Origin: Polyangiaceae bacterium
GTDB taxonomy: Bacteria > Myxococcota_A > Polyangia > Polyangiales > Polyangiaceae
Direction of reading: 5' to 3'
NCBI GenBank assembly: GCA_050287085.1
Contig: JBNKBE010000006.1
Location: 10,281 to 74,280 of the forward strand
Length of the DNA stretch: 64,000 nt
Positions 27,016-37,571 of this stretch are shown piece by piece. Both the position numbers and the translations under genes were made by a program. Numbering within the stretch: position 1 is the stretch's first letter; each line of letters starts with the position of its first letter. The notes under the pieces are model-generated. The model was not told the origin of the DNA. It searched no databases and worked only from the letters and a program-made list of their open reading frames with translations.

Positions 27016-28836
27016 ATGTCTCTCCAAACGGCCGTTGCGGAGCAACACCCACGTCATCGCCTAGCCATTCGTTTAGGTCGCGTGCCCGGCGAGAGCCGAG
27101 GCGCCCTGCTGTGGTACGTCGACGCCCGCATCGAAGAGGCGCTAGCGGTGATGGGGGCGCTACCACGTCCCAACTACGTCAAGCCCAACGCCGACGAACT
27201 GGTCTTGGATCAGTTGTATCGCGCGCGACTGGTGGGCATCGAGTACATCGACCTCTGCTTCGAAACTCTCGCGGACCTGGAACAGGACGGCGCACTCGAC
27301 CCGGCGGATCAAGCCGCTTGGGACCAGTGGCAACGCCTCACCCGCAGCAAGCCCCTGTCGCTGCAAGTAGCGCACCAACCAGCCCCGCAGGCGCTCCCCC
27401 CGTCACGCGCCCGCGACCAGACCAGCCCGGAGAAGGGGCGCTTCTTCGACCGAAAGAACTTCTTCGCTGACGACGACGGAATCGAAGGCTTCGAGCTGGA
27501 AGAGAGCCCCTCTGCCAGCAGCGCAAGTGGCGTGCACCCAAGACCCGCTGCGCTCTCCCTCAAGCCGCTTTCCGCTCCTACCCTGCGCGTTCCGCGGCCA
27601 AGCGAGCTGTCCTATGAGGACGCCGAATACCGTTCGGACGCCCCTTATCCCTCGGCGAACTCGACGCCGGAAGAGCCGCTGCGCCACGCGGCGGAGTCAA
27701 GGGGCTCCGCTCCACCGGAACAAGCCGAAGACGCCGGCGCCGCCCTGCTCGCTTCTGCCTCCAGCGCGACTGACCACAGCGAGTTCCACGCGCCCTCCAC
27801 GCGTAGTGACTTCGAGCCCGCAACGCGTAGCGAGTTCGAGCCCGCCGGTCCTGAACCCGCCGGTCCTGAACCCACCGGTCCCGAACCCACCGGTCCCGAA
27901 CTCACCAGGCACCAGCCCACCGCCAAGGGAAGCGCCCCCCCGAACGGCCCTGGAGCTGAATTTGAGGAAGCGAAGCGGCGCGTTGCCCCCACCGGGCGAC
28001 GCGATCCCCTCGTTCCGCCCGGCTTTGAGCCCGAGGCGGCCGCGCGGGCCCTGGCGGAAAGTGGTGCGACCACCTTCGAAGCGGTCGAAGCCCTCTTCCT
28101 CAACCACTACCTTCCCCTTCGTCACGTGGCTTTGGCGGGAAGCGATGCTCAGGCGAGCGCCCTCGAAGCGGCGCTCAGCACCTTCGATCACCAGTTCGGC
28201 GAGAGCTATCTGAAGGCTTTTCCGCGTCTGTCTGGCCGAGGAGTGCGGCCGAAGATGGTCCTCGATGCACCCCGACTCTCCCAAACGGCCGCCCGCGAAG
28301 CCGGCGCGAGCGGCCGGCGGATGTTGTTGGTCGATGGGCTCCGCGTGGACATCGGCGTTCGGGTCGCAGCCAAATTGGAGCTTCAACTCCTGGGTCACGC
28401 GACCTTGATCGACAGCGGTCTGCTCTGGGCCGCACTGCCCGCAACGAGCGCGGTCCAGTTGGAACTGCTGGCCAAGGGCGCCGACGGCCTGCGTCACGTC
28501 GAAGGCACGTTGCAAGAGAGTGAGCTGGTGGCGCGGAACCAAGCACGCAAGGTCCGAGGCCTACGAGCCGGCCCGCACTCCCTCTCCAAACTCGACATCG
28601 TGGAGGTCGCTCGTAGCGGCGCAACAACGCGCACCAGCCTCGATCAACTCGCGGCCGACGTGGCCGTGAGCAGCGCGCGCTTCATCAAGGCTCAGGCGCC
28701 CGGCACGCTGGTCTGGTTGTTCGGCGACCATGGCTTTGCCACCCAGGAGCCGGGTGCCGTGCCCAGTCCTGAGGCGGTGTTGGTGCCGTACCAAGCTTGG
28801 CTGGTAGGGTCGGACGATGAAGCGTCAAGGGGATGA
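27016..28836 (+). CDS. Hypothetical protein: N-terminal domain, long low-complexity linker, C-terminal PglZ/alkaline-phosphatase-like domain
   Basis: LLVDGLRVD, ALPATS, FGDHGF and SPEAVLVPY motifs appear in PglZ order. Confidence 0.65.
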   Translation: MSLQTAVAEQHPRHRLAIRLGRVPGESRGALLWYVDARIEEALAVMGALPRPNYVKPNADELVLDQLYRARLVGIEYIDLCFETLADLEQDGALDPADQAAWDQWQRLTRSKPLSLQVAHQPAPQALPPSRARDQTSPEKGRFFDRKNFFADDDGIEGFELEESPSASSASGVHPRPAALSLKPLSAPTLRVPRPSELSYEDAEYRSDAPYPSANSTPEEPLRHAAESRGSAPPEQAEDAGAALLASASSATDHSEFHAPSTRSDFEPATRSEFEPAGPEPAGPEPTGPEPTGPELTRHQPTAKGSAPPNGPGAEFEEAKRRVAPTGRRDPLVPPGFEPEAAARALAESGATTFEAVEALFLNHYLPLRHVALAGSDAQASALEAALSTFDHQFGESYLKAFPRLSGRGVRPKMVLDAPRLSQTAAREAGASGRRMLLVDGLRVDIGVRVAAKLELQLLGHATLIDSGLLWAALPATSAVQLELLAKGADGLRHVEGTLQESELVARNQARKVRGLRAGPHSLSKLDIVEVARSGATTRTSLDQLAADVAVSSARFIKAQAPGTLVWLFGDHGFATQEPGAVPSPEAVLVPYQAWLVGSDDEASRG

Positions 28837-28913
28837 CAATAGGCGCTGACAACGAGTGAAGATCCAGACGCTCCGGCCTTGAGTGCAGCCCCTGCGCGGC
28901 CGTATTGCGAGCC

Positions 28914-30500
28914 ATGGCAGAGGTTCACGGCGGTCGCCTGGTGGCGGAAGCGCTGCGCCGCAACGGGGTGCAATACGCGTTCACACTTTGTGGCGGTCAC
29001 GTCCAAGCGATCTACGAGGGCTGCGTCCGCGAGGGCATTCGACTGATCGACACCCGCCACGAACACACCACCGTCGCCGCGGCTGAAGGAGTGGGACGCA
29101 TCACGGGACGTCCGGGCGTCGCCATAGTTACCGCAGGTCCCGGGGCGACGAACGTCGTCACCGCCATGGCCAGCGCCGCCCGAGCCCAGATTCCGCTGGT
29201 GTGCTTGGCGGGCGCAGGGCCCCAAAGCCTCAAGGATATGGGCGCGCTAGCTGATCTCGACGGCGTGATGCTGATGCGGCCGCTGTGTAAGTGGGCAACG
29301 CGCGTAACCGAGACGCAGCGACTGATGGAGTATATTGACACCGCCTTCAATCGCGCCCAAGCAGGTGTGCCTGGACCTGTTTACCTGGAACTGCCTCTCG
29401 ACGTGTTGATGGGCCAAGCACCAGCTACCCCCCCTCGCACGGCGCCCCTGGCGCCGATCCGCCCCGCGCCAGACGCGAGCGCCATAGAGCAGGTGGCGGA
29501 ACTGCTGCGTCGCGCGGGACGGCCAACCTTGCTGGTAGGTTCACAGCTCAACTTCAGCTCAGCTCAGCACGCATTGCAGCAGTTTGCGGAGCGCGTGGAG
29601 TTCCCCATCTATCTCAACGGTCTGGCGCGAGGTCTGCTGCCCCCAACCCACCCCTGCTTGCTCTCGCGCACTCGCCGCTCCGCCATGCGAGATAGCGATC
29701 TAATCCTGCTCCTCGGAACTCCCCTCGACTTTCGCCTCGGCTACGGCAGGAGCGCCGATTTCAATCCCGAGGCCAAGGTGGTACAGGTCGATCTGGACCC
29801 GAGTGAGCTGGGGAAGAACCGAGCGGTCGATGTCGCGCTCAACGCCGATACTGGCCTAACGCTGCAAGCTCTGGGTCGGGTGCTGGGTGAAAAGCGCTGC
29901 CCGGAGTGGTTAGCGGGCCTGAGCCGCGCCGAAGCCGAAGCCGAAGCCGAAGCGAACCCGAGCGAGTTGTCTTCCCGCAGGATCTACGAAGAAGTGGCAG
30001 CGCGCCTGCAGAGCGATGATCTCTTGATCGCCGACGGCGGCGACTTCGCGACGGGAGCTGTGAGCAATATCTACCTCACCGCCCCCCAAAAGTGGCTCGA
30101 CGCTGCGCCATTCGGCGCTCTGGGGATGGGACCGGGTTACGCGATGGCTGCGGCCCTAGCTCGTCCTGGCGGCAGGGCGGTGGCCTTCTTCGGCGACGGT
30201 GCCATCGGTTTTCACCTTGGCGAGTTTGAGGCAATGGCGCGCCAGGGACTACGCGTGCTTGCGATCGTCGGCAACGACGGCGGCTGGTCCCAGGAGCGAC
30301 GGGCCCAACGACAGCTTTATGAACTCGAACAACCTGTGGCAACGCGCTTGAGCCACGCCCGCTACGACAAGGTCGTGTCGGCCTTGGGCGGTCAAGGCTA
30401 CTGGGTAGAGCAGTCCGAGGAGCTTGGGCCTGCGCTGGACGAAGCCTTCGGCGCCAATGTGCCGGCCTGCGTAAACGTGAAGCTGCCGCAAGCGGACTAG
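28914..30500 (+). CDS. Thiamine pyrophosphate-dependent enzyme (acetolactate synthase-like / 2-hydroxyacyl-CoA lyase-like)
   Basis: FTLCGGH, RHE catalytic Glu, TAGPG, GDGAIGF...GND TPP-binding motif. Confidence 0.88.
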   Translation: MAEVHGGRLVAEALRRNGVQYAFTLCGGHVQAIYEGCVREGIRLIDTRHEHTTVAAAEGVGRITGRPGVAIVTAGPGATNVVTAMASAARAQIPLVCLAGAGPQSLKDMGALADLDGVMLMRPLCKWATRVTETQRLMEYIDTAFNRAQAGVPGPVYLELPLDVLMGQAPATPPRTAPLAPIRPAPDASAIEQVAELLRRAGRPTLLVGSQLNFSSAQHALQQFAERVEFPIYLNGLARGLLPPTHPCLLSRTRRSAMRDSDLILLLGTPLDFRLGYGRSADFNPEAKVVQVDLDPSELGKNRAVDVALNADTGLTLQALGRVLGEKRCPEWLAGLSRAEAEAEAEANPSELSSRRIYEEVAARLQSDDLLIADGGDFATGAVSNIYLTAPQKWLDAAPFGALGMGPGYAMAAALARPGGRAVAFFGDGAIGFHLGEFEAMARQGLRVLAIVGNDGGWSQERRAQRQLYELEQPVATRLSHARYDKVVSALGGQGYWVEQSEELGPALDEAFGANVPACVNVKLPQAD

Positions 30501-30521
30501 GAACGCTCGACGGCAGCGGAG

Positions 30522-32348
30522 CTAGCTGCGCCGGCTGGGAACCGGATTCGGCTCCTTCTCCAGGTAGCGAAATACTGTCCGGGGGTCGACTCCAAGGTCG
30601 CGCGCAGCCTGCGTGCGATTGCCGCTATTGCGCTCCAGAACTTCGAGTACGTAGCGACGCTGAAAGTCTTCTTTTGCCTTCTCCAGCGGCACGATCGGCT
30701 CAACCGTGCCGTCATCCAGTTCGAGATCGTCCGACGTGATCAGGCCGCCCTCACACAACACGATCGCCTTCTTGATACGATTCTCTAACTGACGAATGTT
30801 GCCAGGCCACGGGTACTTGCGAATCGCAGACAATGCGCCCGGACTGAAGCCCTTCACTTTGGCTCCGAACTCGTCGGCGTACTTGCTGAGCAATGCCTTG
30901 GCGATGATCAGCACATCGTCTGCGCGATCGCGCAGCGCGGGAAGCGTCAGATTGACAACGTTGAGCCGGTAGTAAAGATCCTCCCGAAAGTCGCCCCGCT
31001 CAATCATCTCCTCGAGGTTCCGGTTGGTCGCCGCGAGCACACGGATGTCGCATTTCTCCGGGCGAGTATCGCCGACTCGGTAGACGACCCGCTCCTGAAG
31101 AGCCCGCAGCAGCTTGACCTGCAAAGGCGACGCGAGCTCGCCAACCTCGTCCAGAAAGAGCGTGCCACCGTCTGCCGCCTGGAACTTACCAGGACGGTTG
31201 GCGATGGCGCCAGTGAATGCACCTCGCACGTGTCCGAAGAGTTCACTCTCGATCAGGTTCTCAGGAATCGCTCCGCAGTTGACGACAACAAAAGGGCCGC
31301 TGGCGCGATGACTGCGAGAATGCAATTCGTGAGCGATCAGCTCCTTGCCTGTGCCCGTCTCGCCGGTGATCAAGACGCTGATGTCAGTCGTCGCCACCTT
31401 CTCCAGTTTGCGAAAGACGTCCAGCATGGACGAGCACGAGCCGATAATCGTCCCGAAGCGCTTGTCACTCAGTTCGCGAGTCAGCTTCTCTTTGTCCTCG
31501 CGCAAGGCCGAAACGAGCAACGCGTTCTGAAGAATCAAAGACGCCTGACCGGCGAAGATGGTCAGAATGTCGAGCTGTGAACGATGGAAGAGATGACGCA
31601 CCTCGTCGTTGCCAACATAGAGGACCCCCAGCGTTTGCCCTTGATAGACAAGAGGGGCACACATCACGGAGCTGAGCTTGAGCGCGATCACGCTCTCGCT
31701 CTTGCCGAAGGTGGCGTCCGACAGTGCGTCGCTCACAATCAGAGGACGCTGCGTCGTCAGTACGTGGCGCACAATGCTATCGCTGATCACGCCAGCGGCA
31801 TCTTCGAGGTCTTCGCGGCGTACGTTGCGCGCGGCCCGAACGCGAACCGGGGTGGTCTCCGTTGTCCCCGCGCCGTCGGCCAACAGCAGGGCCCCTCGAG
31901 ATGCCCCTGTGATCTCGATCATGCCATCCAACAACGCCTGCAAGAGCTCGTCCACAGAGCGGATTGTCATCATGCGCTCGCTGAACTCGTGCAGCTTCCT
32001 CAAGCCTCCAAGCTCGCCTGCGACACTGGGTTCCGGCGTAGCGACTACATCGGGCAGCTCGCTGAACATCGAGAAGCCCAGACTCGCGGTGCTCAGCTTG
32101 ATGCGATCGCCCTCGGACAGCCGAATCCGGCGCTTGCGCTTGCCGTTGATCTCGATCTCTGCGTCGCGATGCAACTCTTCAATCTGGAAGTCGCGCCCAT
32201 TGTGGACGATCTGGGCGTGGTGTTCGAGCACCCCCGGCTCCTGAATGCAAACATCATTGCCCCCGCCGCTGCCCAAGGTCACGATCGGCTTATGGATGGC
32301 GAACAGCACGGGAGGGCCGGACGGGGGAAAGTATCGAAGCATCGCCAT
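30522..32348 (-). CDS. FHA-GAF sigma-54-dependent enhancer-binding protein
   Basis: [46 protein letters not shown]-terminal Fis-type HTH. Confidence 0.95.
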   Translation of the reverse strand: MAMLRYFPPSGPPVLFAIHKPIVTLGSGGGNDVCIQEPGVLEHHAQIVHNGRDFQIEELHRDAEIEINGKRKRRIRLSEGDRIKLSTASLGFSMFSELPDVVATPEPSVAGELGGLRKLHEFSERMMTIRSVDELLQALLDGMIEITGASRGALLLADGAGTTETTPVRVRAARNVRREDLEDAAGVISDSIVRHVLTTQRPLIVSDALSDATFGKSESVIALKLSSVMCAPLVYQGQTLGVLYVGNDEVRHLFHRSQLDILTIFAGQASLILQNALLVSALREDKEKLTRELSDKRFGTIIGSCSSMLDVFRKLEKVATTDISVLITGETGTGKELIAHELHSRSHRASGPFVVVNCGAIPENLIESELFGHVRGAFTGAIANRPGKFQAADGGTLFLDEVGELASPLQVKLLRALQERVVYRVGDTRPEKCDIRVLAATNRNLEEMIERGDFREDLYYRLNVVNLTLPALRDRADDVLIIAKALLSKYADEFGAKVKGFSPGALSAIRKYPWPGNIRQLENRIKKAIVLCEGGLITSDDLELDDGTVEPIVPLEKAKEDFQRRYVLEVLERNSGNRTQAARDLGVDPRTVFRYLEKEPNPVPSRRS

Positions 32349-32536
32349 GGGTAACTCGAGGATAGTGCCGAGCGGGTGGCCACAGCCAGAGAATTTCCGG
32401 ACGGATCGCGTCCACAGGAGAACATCGTCAAAAATCTCCAGCCGGCCGAAGCTGCGTGCAGCCAACCGACACCAAAATTTTGAGACTCCTGCCTGCTTGG
32501 ACATCGCTCGGGCCGCGCCGCGAGTATGCTGCCAGC

Positions 32537-33616
32537 ATGCATCACACTCAGGGCTTCGCGCGCCGCTGGCAAGCCGTTGGCTACCTGGCGGGCCTGCTGG
32601 TCTCGACTGCCTGCGGCTCCCAGGAGCAAACGGGGTTCGGTGCCATGACCGTTGTCGGTCAGGGCATCGTCAACGACCCCGCCAACAAGACACTTCGCTT
32701 CGATCTGCTGCGTTATGGCTTGGCCAAGTTCTGCCATGAAATGCAGCAGCGAGGTGTTGCGTTGAAGCTTCGCGACGGCCAACCCATCGCGGGGCGCTTC
32801 TTCGCCAGCAGCTGCCAATCTGAGCTCTTGGAAAACGGCGAGCGGCAAACGCTAGCACTGCGCTACGCTGGGCGAGGCTACACGTGGACCAACGTGACTG
32901 GACGCGTTGGCTTCGAGGTTCAGGGCTTCATCGAATATGCGCCCGACTTCAAGTTGCACGATGACACGTTGTACATCTACTTCCGCCCCCAGAATGTCGA
33001 CGCGAGCCGCTTCCATACGACTCTAGTGGAGGCCCAGGCCCCCCAGGCTGGCCTGGCCGTATTGGGCGTCTCCGCAGATCAGTTGGGTCACGACACCCTG
33101 ATCGGCCAACTCCGCCGCGGATTCACCGTCGTCCGTGCTCGCGACGGCGCCACCGATTTCGCGCCCGGCTTGCTGCCGGCGGGCGAGCACCCGTTCCATC
33201 CCTTCGAGATTCGCGCTTCGGACAAGGTCACCCTCGACAACAATCGCACGGAGCTACATGCCGGCCAGCAGGACTATATCGGAGGTTTCGCCGTGGAGGA
33301 AGGTCAGGCGCTGTTCCTGACTCTAACCCTGGACGGCGCCTCGGCCGTCGATGTGCTGGTTCTCCCCGAGGCGCAGGGGCGGCAAATGATCACCCAATAC
33401 ACCACGGTCGCGGGCCCAGCGGTCCCGCCAACGGCCCCCTACGGGGTGGTGCTCCCGGCAGCAACCGGCCTGCGACAGGGGCTTCCGCTCCCCGCAGGTC
33501 GCTACCTGCTACTGCTCGATCACTCGAACGCGGTGGGGCAGGTTGCGCCCCCGCCCGGCTTCGCCCCGAGCGCCGCGCGAGTTGACTATCTGGTACAGGC
33601 CGGAGCCCGACCCTAG
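32537..33616 (+). CDS. Hypothetical lipoprotein
   Basis: Lipobox LVSTA-C. Long ORF with coding-like composition. Confidence 0.7.
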   Translation: MHHTQGFARRWQAVGYLAGLLVSTACGSQEQTGFGAMTVVGQGIVNDPANKTLRFDLLRYGLAKFCHEMQQRGVALKLRDGQPIAGRFFASSCQSELLENGERQTLALRYAGRGYTWTNVTGRVGFEVQGFIEYAPDFKLHDDTLYIYFRPQNVDASRFHTTLVEAQAPQAGLAVLGVSADQLGHDTLIGQLRRGFTVVRARDGATDFAPGLLPAGEHPFHPFEIRASDKVTLDNNRTELHAGQQDYIGGFAVEEGQALFLTLTLDGASAVDVLVLPEAQGRQMITQYTTVAGPAVPPTAPYGVVLPAATGLRQGLPLPAGRYLLLLDHSNAVGQVAPPPGFAPSAARVDYLVQAGARP

Positions 33617-33800
33617 CCAGAAGGGGGCGCTGCGGCGTGGTGAGCCCGCGCAATTCACCCTCGGGTCGGCCCCGACGAGAAGCTTGGAAGCGCAAGGTTG
33701 CCGTTCGGCGAGCTCGCGACTAGAAACGGCCACGGCTGCGCAGGTACCCGTCCAGCATCGTGTGCGAGCGGGGCCTGCGACATTCATCCGGACATCAGCG

Positions 33801-35081
33801 GTGCAGAAAGACATACTCCTAGGCCACGCGACCCGCACCTTTTGGTACACGTTGGTGCCCATCGCTCTCGCCCTCGGCGTGGTTCGATACTGCAACTCCA
33901 CCCCGGAGGCTTTGGGCCCGTTGGGCGCCTTCGTGCGAGAGCAGCAGATCCCAGCGCTGATCCTGCTCGTTACCCTGCTTGCCCTACTCATCTACTCGTT
34001 TCGCGACCACTTGCCCCTCAGCCAATACCTTGCGGGCCCCGGCGCAAGTCATGTCCCACAGGAATATCGCCAGGAGTTCATGCAAGCGCGCTCGCTGGCG
34101 GGAGAAATCGACTCCATTTTCGCCAAGCACCGTGCCAAGCTCGAGCAGCGCTTGCCCGCTGCAGTCCGAGAGCAGCTGAAGACCGCCCAGGGTGAACTGC
34201 AGACGTCCTTGCAGGCTGGGTCTTTTGACCCGAAGCGCTTTCTCGCTGCGTTCCACCAGACTCAGGACCTGGCTGACGTCCACCTCGCCAAGTACCGCAA
34301 AGGCGAAGCTCGCGAGTTCGTCGAAGCCCTGTTGACGGCACTGTTTTTCGCCGTGCTGCTTCGCACTTTGGTGGTTGAAGCCTTCAAAATCCCGTCGGGC
34401 TCGATGCTTCCCACGCTGCAGATAAACGATCACATCTTCGTCAGCAAGTTTTCCTACGGCCCCAATCTGCCGTTTAGCCATATCCGTCTGTGGCACAACC
34501 TGCCCCCCGAGCGGGGTGACGTGATGGTCTTCGAGTTCCCCGACGTGCCCGCCGGAGAAGTAGGACAAGACTTCATCAAGCGTGTCATCGCGCTGCCCGG
34601 CGACACGCTCGAAGTCGAGAATGGACACCCCATCATCAACGGCTTTCCCGTGCCATCTTGCTTCGTCGGGAAGTACAACTACCGCAGCGCTGACAACAGC
34701 AGCGCGCCGCGCGGGGACCTGTACGTGGAGTTCTTGGCTGACGAAGCCTACCTGACCGTCTACGCGGACGACGCGCGCACGGGCACCCAAGGTCCCTATG
34801 TGGTGGCACCGGGAGAGGTGATGGTCATGGGTGACAACCGCCACAACAGCCTCGACTCGCGACTCTGGCACGGGGGCAAAGGCGGCGGCGTTCCCTTCCC
34901 CAACATCAAGGGACGGGCGCTCTTCGTCTGGCTGCCGTGGTCACGGCTGGGCACCCCCGTCATGGGCGAGCCCCAGCTGCCCGAGGGGATGTCGCCTGAG
35001 CTCACAAGCAAGATTCATCAGTGTTTGGCCAAGCGCCCCGCCGCAACGACCCCTCCTCCCCCGCTCAAGCCGGCACGCTAG
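33801..35081 (+). CDS. lepB: Signal peptidase I with N-terminal extension
   Basis: FKIPSGSMLPTL (Ser), DFIKRVIALPGD (Lys), MGDNRHNSLDSR. Start uncertain (GTG 33801). Confidence 0.92.
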   Translation: MQKDILLGHATRTFWYTLVPIALALGVVRYCNSTPEALGPLGAFVREQQIPALILLVTLLALLIYSFRDHLPLSQYLAGPGASHVPQEYRQEFMQARSLAGEIDSIFAKHRAKLEQRLPAAVREQLKTAQGELQTSLQAGSFDPKRFLAAFHQTQDLADVHLAKYRKGEAREFVEALLTALFFAVLLRTLVVEAFKIPSGSMLPTLQINDHIFVSKFSYGPNLPFSHIRLWHNLPPERGDVMVFEFPDVPAGEVGQDFIKRVIALPGDTLEVENGHPIINGFPVPSCFVGKYNYRSADNSSAPRGDLYVEFLADEAYLTVYADDARTGTQGPYVVAPGEVMVMGDNRHNSLDSRLWHGGKGGGVPFPNIKGRALFVWLPWSRLGTPVMGEPQLPEGMSPELTSKIHQCLAKRPAATTPPPPLKPAR

Positions 35082-35229
35082 CGGCGCGGGATTTGCGTCG
35101 CGCCAACGCTAGGAGGCCTGCCAGGAGGATGGCGAGTGTTTCCAATTCGTCCGCTTCGTGGTGCATGCAGTGATGCTACGCCCACTCCTGCCTGCTCCTT
35201 CCCCAAGACCCGAGCGCGGAGCGAGACCG

Positions 35230-35589
35230 CTACGCTGGCTCGCCCCGGGCCCGAATCCCCAACTGGATGCGCTGCGCACGCGCCTCTGTCGTCTGTCGCC
35301 AGGTCCACATCAGGGCTCCGACCCAGGCAACGAATACCACGAGTCCGCCAATGCGAAGCAACGTCGGACTGCTCCCCGCCAAACGCAGCCAGGCCAAGTT
35401 GACAGCGACCTTCAGCGTACAGGCCAGAGCGCCGACGTTGTAGGCGCGCAGCGCAGCCTTCTTCCAGTACTCAAACGCCCCCGCCGGCAAATGGCGGTTA
35501 TCCTCGAGACGGTAGCCGATTGTCTCAAGACGGCGCAGCATGATGATGCTGAGCAAGACGGCGGCGAGAATGTCATCGATTCTGAGCAT
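35230..35589 (-). CDS. Small hypothetical membrane protein (about 3 TM)
   Basis: 119 aa with three hydrophobic segments, fills the gap. Confidence 0.6.
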   Translation of the reverse strand: MLRIDDILAAVLLSIIMLRRLETIGYRLEDNRHLPAGAFEYWKKAALRAYNVGALACTLKVAVNLAWLRLAGSSPTLLRIGGLVVFVAWVGALMWTWRQTTEARAQRIQLGIRARGEPA

Positions 35590-35827
35590 TTGTGCGGGGG
35601 CCCTGGTTAATTTTGGAGCTTGAGCTAAGCTCTACTATCTCATGCGGGCTCTTGGCTACAAGGGTCCCTCGGAACCACCCATACCACAGTGCCCGAACAC
35701 CCCTAAGATGTACGGGGTTCAGTGGAACGAACGCTTATTAGACACCAAAGCGGCCGGGGGGGAAGCCGGACCGCGGGGCCGCAAGCGATGGTGAGCCTCA
35801 GCTGGCAGGAAAGGAAACGCTAGGTCC

Positions 35828-37513
35828 GTGATTGAAGAGATCTTGAAACCAGGGCTCCGCCTCGGTGGTTTCGACCTGCTGGCCCCTATCGGTCGGGGCG
35901 GGATGGCCAGCGTATGGGTCGCACGCGGCTCAGCCCTCGGAGCTGGAGCTGCCCAGCATTTCGCCATCAAGATCATGCTGCCTGAACTCTCCGGCGAAAT
36001 GGACTTCAGGGACCTATTCCTAGCTGAAGGGCGCCTAATCCGGAGCATTCAACACCCTCACGTCGTTCGCGTGTACGACGTCGGCGTCGAAGACAGTCTG
36101 CTCTACATCGCCATGGAGTGGGTCGAAGGCGCCTCCCTTCATTCGTTGATTGCCGAGGCAAACAAGCGCAGCCCGATCCCGACAGAAATGGCGGTGCGCC
36201 TCATCGCCGACACCGCCGCAGGTCTTCACGCCGCCCACGAAGCGCGGGATGAGCATGGCAACGTAAGGGGTGTGGTCCACTGCGACGTATCCCCCCACAA
36301 CATCCTGGTCGGCCTCAAGCGAGGGGTTAAGCTGGTAGACTTTGGCGTCGCCGCAACCCTCAACAGCATGAGCGGCGGCTCGAGCCCTATCCGCGGCAAG
36401 TTCTCGTATATGTCACCGGAACAGACCCGCGGCGAAACGCTGGATCGAAGGAGCGACGTTTTCTCCCTGGGAATCGTGCTCTTTGAGCTCACCACGGGTT
36501 ATCGCCTATTTCGTGGTCAAACGCCTCAGCAAGCGATCGATCTGGTCCGCAATGGGCCGATCACCGATCCGCGGCAATTGCGAGAAGACTACCCCGCCGC
36601 TTTGGCGGAAATTGTCATGCGTGCGCTGCGGCGAGATCCGGAAGAAAGGTTCCCAACCGCTGCCGGCCTCCGCAGCGCACTCGAGACTTTCCTGCACACG
36701 CAGCGCATCGTGGTCCCCAGCGCGGGTATCAACGCCTTGCTGGAACGCGTGCTGGGCGACAAGATCCTGGCGCAGCGCGCTGCAATCGACGCGGCGGAGC
36801 GAGAACTATTCGGGAGCGGGGTCAACACGCCCCCACCCCGCCTCGAAACCCCTTACGCGGCGACGGATGACGATACCGCCAGTGCGCTCAGTCGCACTTC
36901 CAGTCATCCGCCGGTCAAACGCCATCGACCTTGGGTTCTCGCTACGGCGCTGGGCCTGGCAGCGGGCGGGGTTGGCGCTTGGACGCTGGCGCGGCAGGAG
37001 AGCCCCCTCGCCGTGAACGTCGAGCCCGGGGCCGACAAGAGCAAGCCCGCAGAGCTCACCGCCGCCAAGGCGAAGCGCTCGGCAGACGGCTCCGAAGGGG
37101 AACAAAGCGTCAGTGAGTCCGCGCTCCGAGGAGCCCCCGAGCCCGCTGCGAGCAGCACTCGCGCCTTCACCCTGTCAGCGCTGCCCAAGGCTCAAAGCAC
37201 GGACGGGCCAGGGCCCGAAGGCTCGGCCAGCGGGGTCCAAGCCCAAGCAACCAGCGCGCCTGCAGGCGGCAGCGACGCGCAGCGCCTCGCCTCGGCAGTG
37301 CGTGCCGTCCGCGCCTGCGGCCGACAAGGCGGTCCCAAAGGCAAAGGGGCCGCACGCCTTTCGGTTGCCAGCGGCGGAACGATCGTCGCAGTGGGTCTCA
37401 GCGCGCCCTTCAACACCGGAACGAATGCATCCTGTATCGCGGGCAAGTTCCGCGGCTTGCGGCTTCGTCCCGGCAAACCCAGAACGCTGGTGCGTAAGTT
37501 CACCGTGCGCTAG
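35828..37513 (+). CDS. Transmembrane Ser/Thr protein kinase with C-terminal TonB-C-like domain
   Basis: IGRGGMA, AIK, HCDVSPHN, DFG, YMSPE, DVFSLG, then TM, linker and a two-Cys alpha/beta C-terminal domain. Confidence 0.92.
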   Translation: MIEEILKPGLRLGGFDLLAPIGRGGMASVWVARGSALGAGAAQHFAIKIMLPELSGEMDFRDLFLAEGRLIRSIQHPHVVRVYDVGVEDSLLYIAMEWVEGASLHSLIAEANKRSPIPTEMAVRLIADTAAGLHAAHEARDEHGNVRGVVHCDVSPHNILVGLKRGVKLVDFGVAATLNSMSGGSSPIRGKFSYMSPEQTRGETLDRRSDVFSLGIVLFELTTGYRLFRGQTPQQAIDLVRNGPITDPRQLREDYPAALAEIVMRALRRDPEERFPTAAGLRSALETFLHTQRIVVPSAGINALLERVLGDKILAQRAAIDAAERELFGSGVNTPPPRLETPYAATDDDTASALSRTSSHPPVKRHRPWVLATALGLAAGGVGAWTLARQESPLAVNVEPGADKSKPAELTAAKAKRSADGSEGEQSVSESALRGAPEPAASSTRAFTLSALPKAQSTDGPGPEGSASGVQAQATSAPAGGSDAQRLASAVRAVRACGRQGGPKGKGAARLSVASGGTIVAVGLSAPFNTGTNASCIAGKFRGLRLRPGKPRTLVRKFTVR

Positions 37514-37571
37514 CGCGCAGCAGCCCCCCGAAACGGGTGAGTGCTGCGCGCCGCTGCCCTAACGCCGCCCC

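Noticed and set aside
27016..28836. BREX defence system
   Set aside because: Only a PglZ-like domain is present. No BrxC ATPase, PglX methyltransferase, BrxA/B or BrxL nearby.
35590..35827. Possible ncRNA or SOS box upstream of the kinase
   Set aside because: GTTCAG is present but the left half-site does not match, and only short GC stems are seen
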